Assembly: GCA_002319915.1 (NCBI GenBank)
Contig: DCFQ01000038.1
Span: 3,370-67,369, forward strand
Reading direction: 5' to 3'
Origin: Bacteroidales bacterium UBA1800
Lineage (GTDB): Bacteria > Bacteroidota > Bacteroidia > Bacteroidales > VadinHA17
DNA: 64,000 nt
The notes beneath the pieces were generated by a model that saw nothing but the letters and a program-made list of their open reading frames with translations, made no database searches and had not been told where the DNA came from. A program made the position numbers and the translations under genes. Positions 53,373-64,000 of the stretch are shown here, piece by piece (position 1 is the first letter of the stretch; the number at the start of each line of letters is the position of its first letter).

Positions 53373-55037
53373 ATGATCAGATCCCTGTTTAAACCATTTC
53401 TGGCTGCCGGTTTATTGTATCTCTCAGTACAGGCCGCGGGACAGTACCTTGCGCCGGAAAGAAGAGCCTTTACACGGCAGGATACCCTGAGGGGCTCAAT
53501 AACGCCCGAAAGGGCCTGGTGGGACCTTACGTACTACCATCTTGATATAACGGTGAACCCTTCCGACAGCAGCATATACGGGAGCAATACCGTCTGGTAC
53601 CGGGTACTGAAGGAAGCGGAAACGATGCAGATCGACCTTCAGCCGCCTCTCGAGCTGGCCGGTGCTGTGCAAAACGGGAAGAATCTTCAGTTTACTAGGG
53701 AAGGGAATGTCTTCTGGATCAAAATGGCAGACCGGCAAGTGCCAGGAGCTCTCAATTCCGTTGTCCTCAGCTATGGCGGGAGGCCGAAGGTGTCGAAGCG
53801 GCCGCCATGGGAAGGGGGGATCACCTGGAAGAGGGATGCAGCGGGCAAACCATTTGCCGCTTCATCGTGCCAGGGAGAAGGCGCCAGCCTCTGGTGGCCC
53901 TGCAAGGACCATATGTATGACGAGCCCGACAGCATGCTGATAAGCGTAAATGTGCCGGCAAGACTGATGGACGTTTCGAACGGGCGGCTCCGGAGTGTCG
54001 TGAAGAAGAAAAACCATACGACCACCTATAACTGGTTTGTTGCCAACCCGATCAATAATTACGGGGTGAATATAAACATAGCTGATTATGCTCATTTTTC
54101 CGAGGTATTCCAGGGTGAAAAAGGAAAGCTCGATTGTGATTATTATGTTCTGAAGGAGGATCTTGAGAAGGCTAAAGTCCAGTTCAAACAGGCAGGGATG
54201 ATGCTAAAAGCTTTTGAACACTGGTTCGGTCCTTATCCGTTTTACGAGGATGGGTACAAGCTTGTGGAAGCGCCATACCTGGGAATGGAGCATCAAAGCT
54301 CGGTGACCTACGGGAACGGCTTCAGGAATGGCTACAGGGGAATGGACCTCAGCGGGACAGGCTGGGGAGAGAAGTTCGATTTCATCATCATACACGAATC
54401 GGCACACGAGTGGTTCGCTAACAGCATCACATTCGAGGATGCGGCTGACATGTGGGTGCACGAGAGTTTCGGTAATTATGCGGAGAACCTCTTTGTTGAG
54501 TATTATTTTGGGAAAGAGGCGGGCAGCGAATATGTCCTCGGCTGCAGGAAGAATATCGCGAACGACAGGCCGGTGACCGGGATTTATGGAGTTAACTTTG
54601 AAGGTTCCGGCGATATGTACTACAAGGGAGGCAGCATGCTCAACACTCTCAGGTACATCGTCGGTGACGACGAAAAATGGAGGGGCATCCTGCGGGGATT
54701 GAACAAGGATTTCTACCATAAGGTGGTAAGGGGGTCACAAATCGAGAATTACCTGAGTGAAAAGACCGGGCTCGACCTCGGGCCGTTCTTCGACCAGTAC
54801 CTTCGGGATACGAGGATTCCCGTACTGGAATATTTTGTCCGGGATAAGAAGCTTACATTCAGATGGATCGATTGCGTGAAGGGTTTTAATATGCCGGCAA
54901 GGATCTATATTTCCGGTGCAGCGAAACTCATTACGCCGACTTCCCGGTACACAACCATCGATCTGGGTTCAGAAAGTGCGGAAATCAGGATGGATCCCAA
55001 TATTTACGCAGGGATCCTGAATATGACTGGGAAGTAA
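53373..55037 (+). CDS. M1-family zinc metallopeptidase (aminopeptidase N-like), exported
   Basis: It carries HESAHEWF (HExxH) followed by WVHESF (distal Glu). A signal peptide follows the ATG at 53373, which I prefer over the GTG at 53226. Confidence 0.85.
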   Translation: MIRSLFKPFLAAGLLYLSVQAAGQYLAPERRAFTRQDTLRGSITPERAWWDLTYYHLDITVNPSDSSIYGSNTVWYRVLKEAETMQIDLQPPLELAGAVQNGKNLQFTREGNVFWIKMADRQVPGALNSVVLSYGGRPKVSKRPPWEGGITWKRDAAGKPFAASSCQGEGASLWWPCKDHMYDEPDSMLISVNVPARLMDVSNGRLRSVVKKKNHTTTYNWFVANPINNYGVNINIADYAHFSEVFQGEKGKLDCDYYVLKEDLEKAKVQFKQAGMMLKAFEHWFGPYPFYEDGYKLVEAPYLGMEHQSSVTYGNGFRNGYRGMDLSGTGWGEKFDFIIIHESAHEWFANSITFEDAADMWVHESFGNYAENLFVEYYFGKEAGSEYVLGCRKNIANDRPVTGIYGVNFEGSGDMYYKGGSMLNTLRYIVGDDEKWRGILRGLNKDFYHKVVRGSQIENYLSEKTGLDLGPFFDQYLRDTRIPVLEYFVRDKKLTFRWIDCVKGFNMPARIYISGAAKLITPTSRYTTIDLGSESAEIRMDPNIYAGILNMTGK

Positions 55038-55046
55038 GGTAAGTTT

Positions 55047-57866
55047 TTAAGGTTTTGCCAGCACCGGCTTTCCGAAGCCGATCTTCTCCAGTGGCGCCAT
55101 CTGTGTGGCTTTGTCGCCCACAACAATGTAATACATGTTATCAGGCACAATGTACCTGTCGATTATCGATTTGCTTTCAGCGGCTGTCATGTTCCTCACC
55201 ACACCTTCATCCCTGATGATATAATCGTCCGGGAAATTGTATTTGCTCATCGTTGCAAGCATGTCGGCCAGGGCGTCGTTGGTCTCGAACCGCAGCGCAT
55301 TGGCCCGTATAATGCAGTTCCTGATGAAACTGACATCGGAGTCGGATATCCCGTTCCGGTATTTCTCGAGCTGGTCCCTGATTATGCCGAGCGACTCGAA
55401 GGTCGCATCAGATCTGACACTTGTTGCAACGATGAAGGGAGCGACCGTCTTCATTTCGGAAAACTGGCTTGAAGCTCCGTAGGTGTATCCTTTCTGTTCC
55501 CTCAGGATCTGGTTTAGAATGCTGGTGAAGGCGCCGCCAAGCCTGTAGTTGATGAAATCGGCTTTGACCCAGTCGGGGTTCTCCCTCGAAAGCGCTGGAT
55601 AGCCCGCATAGATAACCGATTGCTTTGAACCGGGCATATCTACAAAGTAAATTGCAGACTTCCCGGGTTTAACCGGACTTTCATAGGTGTTAAAAACGAC
55701 ATCCCTTGATTTCCAGTCTGTCTCGAGCGGCTTCAGTGCCGCCAGCACCTGCTCTTCCGAAATGTTGCCGGCTACCATTATCCTTGTCACCGTCGGGGAG
55801 AAGCATTTATCGAAATATGACTTCAGGTTTTCGAGCTTAATGCTTTTCATCGATTCAACCGAGCCAAGGGAGTTGTACCCGAAAATATTCCCGGTGCCGT
55901 AAATCATCCTGTAGAAGGTAAGGCTTGCCACCCGGCCCGGCTGGGCCTGCCCCTGGATTATGCTGTTCAGGGTCCTTGTCCTGGCGAGTGAGAACTCCGT
56001 AGAATCCCACCTTGGTTCAAGGATGATTTCCCTGATCAGGGAGACGGTCTTGTCAAAATTCCTCGAGAGCATGTCGGAGCTCAGGTACAATTCCTCGCGG
56101 CCGGGATACATTTCGATCGCAGATCCCAGCAGTTCCGTCTGCTCCTCAAGGTCCTCGGGGGTCCTGTTTTTTGTTCCCTGCGGGAGGACCGAAGCCACCA
56201 TTGAGGCCACGCCGGGGAGTTTTATGCTGTCCTGCCATACACCGCCGTCGAATGCAAAAGTCAGGCTCACCAGTGGAAGCTCCTTGTTCTCTATCCCGTA
56301 AACCCTGATGCCATTGCTCAGCTGGGCCCTCCAGACCCTGGGCGCCCTGACCATTGGCTCCTTCCCGGCGGGCGGCTCCACGGCCCTGTCAATCCCGGAG
56401 GGTGTTTTGACGACCTGTTCGTTCCCTTCCTCGGTGATCGGAACCTGGGTTGCTTCCTTTATGTTTTCCGTCTTTACCTCTGCCTCTACAGAGCTGTCGG
56501 CTGCGAGATCAAGCCTTCCTTTCGGCACAAAGCTCGTGACAATATGCGGTTTGCCTTTTATGTACTTCTGGTAAACTGACATAATATCGGCCGTCGTTAC
56601 AGCCTTGATGTTCTCCAGGTCCTTTTCAATATAACCCGGATTGTCCAGGAAGGTATTATAGAATGCAAGCCTGAATGACTTGTTCATTACGCTGGAAAGA
56701 CCGCTGTAAAAGCTCTTCTCGGATGTGGCTTTTATCCTTTCGACATCGTTTTCAGTGATGCCGTCCTTTTCAAATCGGTCAAATGCTTCCGAAACAGCCT
56801 TTTCGATATCCTTCAGCGACTTGCCTTCATTCGCACGGATGCTTATCGTGAATTCCCCGGCAAGCTCCGATTTATTGTCATATGCATTGGTTTCGGAAGT
56901 CAGCTGTTTTTCTTTCACCAGGACTTTATAAAAGGGCGCTTTTTTACCGTCAGCCAGGATTGAAGCAAGAAAATCGAGTGCATAAGAATCCCGCGCATAT
57001 TGCTGTGGCACCGGCCAAACCATTGTCAGTTCAGGTGCATTCGCAAATTCATCCTCGTGGTAGAGCCTCTTAGTCCGTTCGAGAGTTACCGTCATCGGCC
57101 CACGTTTTTCAACCTCGCCATGAGGCTTAATCTCGCTGAAATATTTGTTAAGCAGGATTTTCACAGAATCAGGATCAAAATCACCGGAAAGCACGAGCGT
57201 TGCATTCCCCGGGCCATAAAACTTTGAATAGTAATTTCTTACATCATCGATGGTCGCGTTTTTCAGATCCTGCATTTCACCGATGACTTCCCAGTGATAG
57301 GGGTGATCGGAAGGATACAGGTATTTGTCGATCACATAATCGGTGAAGCCATAAGGGGTGTTGTCCTCCCTCTGCCTCTTCTCATTCTGAACCACATTCT
57401 GCTGGAGGGCAAGCAAATGAGGAGTGACTGAATTGATGAAATAGCCCATCCTGTCCGACTCGAGCCAGAGGATCCTCTCAAGAGCGTTTTCGGGAAATAT
57501 CTCGAAGTAGGTGGTGACATCCCTGGTAGTGAACCCATTGTTAGATCCTCCCATCTCTTCGATTACCTGGTCGAATTTCCCGGCAGGCACATTTTCAGAG
57601 CCGCCGAACAGGAGATGCTCGAAAAGATGAGCAAACCCGGTCTTTCCGGGCTTTTCCCTGCCCGAACCCACATGATACATTATGGCATATGCGATTACCG
57701 GGTCGGAATGATCAGTGTGCAATACGACCTGGAGGCCATTCTGCATTGTGTATTTTTCATAGGGGATCTTAAGCTTTTCAACCGTTGAACTATTGTTGCA
57801 TGCAGTCAATAAAATAAAGTAAGCCGCAAGCAGGAGAGGCCCGGACAGGGCATGTTTCTTTTTCAT
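55047..57866 (-). CDS. M16 (insulinase/pitrilysin) family zinc peptidase lipoprotein, double-unit
   Basis: 939 aa with a lipobox (LTAC), the inverted zinc motif HLFEHLLF (HxxEH), and a length consistent with two M16 active/inactive domain pairs. Confidence 0.9.
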   Translation of the reverse strand: MKKKHALSGPLLLAAYFILLTACNNSSTVEKLKIPYEKYTMQNGLQVVLHTDHSDPVIAYAIMYHVGSGREKPGKTGFAHLFEHLLFGGSENVPAGKFDQVIEEMGGSNNGFTTRDVTTYFEIFPENALERILWLESDRMGYFINSVTPHLLALQQNVVQNEKRQREDNTPYGFTDYVIDKYLYPSDHPYHWEVIGEMQDLKNATIDDVRNYYSKFYGPGNATLVLSGDFDPDSVKILLNKYFSEIKPHGEVEKRGPMTVTLERTKRLYHEDEFANAPELTMVWPVPQQYARDSYALDFLASILADGKKAPFYKVLVKEKQLTSETNAYDNKSELAGEFTISIRANEGKSLKDIEKAVSEAFDRFEKDGITENDVERIKATSEKSFYSGLSSVMNKSFRLAFYNTFLDNPGYIEKDLENIKAVTTADIMSVYQKYIKGKPHIVTSFVPKGRLDLAADSSVEAEVKTENIKEATQVPITEEGNEQVVKTPSGIDRAVEPPAGKEPMVRAPRVWRAQLSNGIRVYGIENKELPLVSLTFAFDGGVWQDSIKLPGVASMVASVLPQGTKNRTPEDLEEQTELLGSAIEMYPGREELYLSSDMLSRNFDKTVSLIREIILEPRWDSTEFSLARTRTLNSIIQGQAQPGRVASLTFYRMIYGTGNIFGYNSLGSVESMKSIKLENLKSYFDKCFSPTVTRIMVAGNISEEQVLAALKPLETDWKSRDVVFNTYESPVKPGKSAIYFVDMPGSKQSVIYAGYPALSRENPDWVKADFINYRLGGAFTSILNQILREQKGYTYGASSQFSEMKTVAPFIVATSVRSDATFESLGIIRDQLEKYRNGISDSDVSFIRNCIIRANALRFETNDALADMLATMSKYNFPDDYIIRDEGVVRNMTAAESKSIIDRYIVPDNMYYIVVGDKATQMAPLEKIGFGKPVLAKP

Positions 57867-58021
57867 TTCACGTACTGGATAAAAATGTTTAACTGACTTT
57901 AAATATTTCGAGTTTTTCTATTTCCGGCAAGCCTTAATTGCCGCCAACGCCGGGATTACTCATCAAAATATTCCGGCTGAAGCAGGGTTTGATTCAATTT
58001 TAGTATATTTCAGTTACCTAA

Positions 58022-61804
<3,783 letters not shown>

Positions 61805-61826
61805 TGCAGATGACTCCGAGGTTTTT

Positions 61827-61914
61827 TAACCACTGAGTGACACTGGTTTTTTAGCGAGTCTCAGGCTACAACTCAGTGTTGTCCAGGATGACTCAGGTTA
61901 ACTCTGTGGTAAAC
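61827..61914. repeat. CTGAG/CTCAG word-repeat palindromic element
   Basis: The ends are TTAACCACTGAG (61827-61838) and CTCTGTGGTAAA (61903-61914), which pair as an inverted repeat at 10/12 positions. Internally, CACTGAGT (61831-61838) pairs with ACTCAGTG (61871-61878). The element lies in a convergent spacer. Confidence 0.75.
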
Positions 61915-61931
61915 AAATCTCCGGATTCCGG

Positions 61932-64000
61932 TTAGTGCGATAAATCTTCAAGTTCCGTTATTGCATACAGGTTGCCGGCCGAGAGCGAGCATGCCTTCTG
62001 AAGCGCCTCCTTAGCTGCCTTCAGGTCTCCGAGTCCTTTATATCCGAGACCCTTGAGCAGCCAGGCATTTGATGACCTGACATTCCTGGCTTCCTTTTCA
62101 CCGAATTTGGCGAAGAAATCGGGCGCGTCATTTGCAGACGCGGAGAGCAGGCTGTCGGCTTTTGCGACCATCGACCTGAAGATCATCGCGGCTTCCTGCT
62201 TCCCGCCAAGCTTTGACCGGCTGAGGCCCTGGTAATAACGGATATAATTACCGTCATCTGCCTGGGAAGAGGCCGATGATCTGAAGCACTCCCTTGCCCT
62301 GGTCATTTTACCCAGGGCCTCGTATGCAAGGCCGGTATAGTAACCGACCTGGATCTCCCTGGCCCCAGCCCTTGCGCTGCCTCCCTCCTCATCGGGGATC
62401 CTCGCTTTGAGGAACTCCCCAAGCGCTTTCTGATAATCCCCGCCTGCCATGAATTTCCTTCCAAGCATCAGGTGAGCGTCGATGATCACTTCCCTGACCA
62501 TGGAGTTTCCCTCCCTGTAATTGAAGTTCCTGCCTTCAAGGTATTCGACAGCTTTTTCAGGTTTTCCGCCCAGGGTAAGGACGGTGATCTGCCTGACAAA
62601 CGAATCGTCGCGTTTCTTAACAGTCTCGTTGTTTCCCTCAAACAGCTTAAGCCTCTTTTCCACAGGTGTGTTGCTAAGCTCATAAAGAGCATCGAGCTCG
62701 GTGAAATATTCCGCCTCGTTCTTTTCGAGGCTGATAGCTTTTTCATAGGCGGCGATTGCCCTGGCGCCGTCGTCCAGTGCATGATAGTAACCCCACCCGA
62801 GGTTCCTCCAGGCAATTGCTGCCGATGGTTCGAGCGAGACAGCCTTCTCCCAGCAGCTTATGGCTTTCAGGGGCTGGCGGTCGTACAGAAGGTTGCCAAG
62901 ATAGTACCAGGGTTTCGCATCTCCGGGGTTGATTGATGAAGCAAGCTTAAAAACGTTCACCGTTTCGAGTCTGAAAGGGAAAACATTGTCGGTGGAGAGG
63001 GCTGATCCCTCCCTGAAGAGCTCTTCAGCCCCCAGCCTGTCGCCTTCCATATCCCGGATATAACCAAGGCAGTAAGAGACCACAGGATTCTTTCCCGTGA
63101 ACCGTTTCATGATCTCTTCGGCTTCCCCGGGGAGGCCGTCGTTCAGGTAGCCGATGCCGGTCTCGAGATAGTTCTGATCATAATCCCTCATGGCGGCGTT
63201 CAGGCGCCTGAGTTCTTCAGCAGCCTCATTATCCCGTCCGAGCGCCCTTAGAGCCAGCGAGTACTCGTTTCCGGCCCTGAAATCGAGGGGATCATCATGG
63301 TGGATTTGGCTGACCGCAGCGAGGGCTTCCTCGTATTTCCCCAGCCTTCGGAGGATAGAGGCTTTCAGGTTAATTGCGGGGTTGCAGCCGGAATTGGTCG
63401 ATAATGACCGGGAAACCTCATCAAGGGACTTTGCAAAATCACCCCTCGTGCATGAGATCCTTGCCAGCTCGAGGTATGCCGGCGAATGATACTGGTAATC
63501 CCAGGTCGCCCTGTAGAGAGTGTCGGCCGCCTCATCCGGGAGTCCGAGAGATTTTAAGGCCAGCCCTTCAAGGTAAAGTGCCTCGCAATCGGAAGGCCTC
63601 GTGTAATCCTTTGTTAATCTTTTAACAGCTCTCAAAAGGAAGCTTCTCGCACCTTCATAATCTCCCTTTTTAAGCAGGATGCTTCCCATGGCTGTATTGG
63701 ATCTTACATCACCGGGGTCGCGCCTGAGAGCTTCGGAATAATAGTCCGCCGGGTTAAGCGAAGGATTGTAGAACTGTTCTATCCTTTTACCGGTCAGGTA
63801 AAGCTCTTCCGTTGTGGCAATCTTTTCGGGCGGGGCTGGGCGTTCCACAATGCCGGGCAGCTTTTCGGGATATTCAGCCTTGCGCGGCCGGTAGGACAGA
63901 AGCATCACGCCGTCCTCAGCATTGACCATTTCCGTATAGAGATCCGTGAGTTCGGCCGGGTGGGTCATCCTTATCAGCTTTGTGAACGGCTTTCCGGGCG
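61932..64000 (-). CDS. TPR-repeat protein, DUF5107-like (N-terminus beyond window edge)
   Basis: The frame stays open from the ATG at 63968 to the window end (PGKPFTKLIR upstream), so the true start probably lies outside the window. It contains multiple TPR-like repeats (AxxxYxxAL patterns). Confidence 0.55.
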   Translation of the reverse strand, partial: PGKPFTKLIRMTHPAELTDLYTEMVNAEDGVMLLSYRPRKAEYPEKLPGIVERPAPPEKIATTEELYLTGKRIEQFYNPSLNPADYYSEALRRDPGDVRSNTAMGSILLKKGDYEGARSFLLRAVKRLTKDYTRPSDCEALYLEGLALKSLGLPDEAADTLYRATWDYQYHSPAYLELARISCTRGDFAKSLDEVSRSLSTNSGCNPAINLKASILRRLGKYEEALAAVSQIHHDDPLDFRAGNEYSLALRALGRDNEAAEELRRLNAAMRDYDQNYLETGIGYLNDGLPGEAEEIMKRFTGKNPVVSYCLGYIRDMEGDRLGAEELFREGSALSTDNVFPFRLETVNVFKLASSINPGDAKPWYYLGNLLYDRQPLKAISCWEKAVSLEPSAAIAWRNLGWGYYHALDDGARAIAAYEKAISLEKNEAEYFTELDALYELSNTPVEKRLKLFEGNNETVKKRDDSFVRQITVLTLGGKPEKAVEYLEGRNFNYREGNSMVREVIIDAHLMLGRKFMAGGDYQKALGEFLKARIPDEEGGSARAGAREIQVGYYTGLAYEALGKMTRARECFRSSASSQADDGNYIRYYQGLSRSKLGGKQEAAMIFRSMVAKADSLLSASANDAPDFFAKFGEKEARNVRSSNAWLLKGLGYKGLGDLKAAKEALQKACSLSAGNLYAITELEDLSH

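Overview
This 64-kb segment reads as core chromosome from a Bacteroidota bacterium. Supporting signs are the gldF/gldG gliding genes, a T9SS C-terminal sorting domain, many lipoprotein or signal-peptide hydrolases, and TAnnTTTG-type -7 boxes 19-30 nt upstream of several start codons. I call 51 tightly packed protein-coding genes on both strands. They include a 2-oxoacid:ferredoxin oxidoreductase operon (5' end cut by the window edge), nadD, gmk, yicC, pheT, surE-lpxB, a SpoIID-like gene, gldF-gldG-DUF4340 and dnaN-exonuclease-FAH. They also include nagB-nagA, tatA, an xdhC-mocA-[2Fe-2S]-molybdopterin oxidoreductase operon and an OmpR/histidine-kinase pair. A long run of exported enzymes follows: GH30, GMC oxidase + ALDH, Tat-signal TldD + PmbA, two GH2, a CotH-like T9SS cargo, M1 and M16 peptidases, and a DUF5107/TPR protein cut by the 3' window edge. 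I saw no rRNA, tRNA, CRISPR array, transposase, integrase, phage gene or recognisable defence gene. I do not see a convincing novel multi-gene system; this looks like ordinary chromosome rather than an accessory island. The one recurrent signal that gene annotation does not explain is a family of eight short intergenic word-repeat palindromic elements. They sit only in spacers that contain a gene 3' end. Four are homologous TTACACGGAG/CTCCGTG copies, and two distant copies share a 46-nt identical core. Secondary observations are two apparent Tat hitch-hiker enzyme pairs, an overlapping GMC-oxidase/ALDH pair, a T9SS-exported CotH-like protein and a signal-peptide NIF3-like protein. All family assignments come from motif and architecture recognition by eye; no database search or computation was run.
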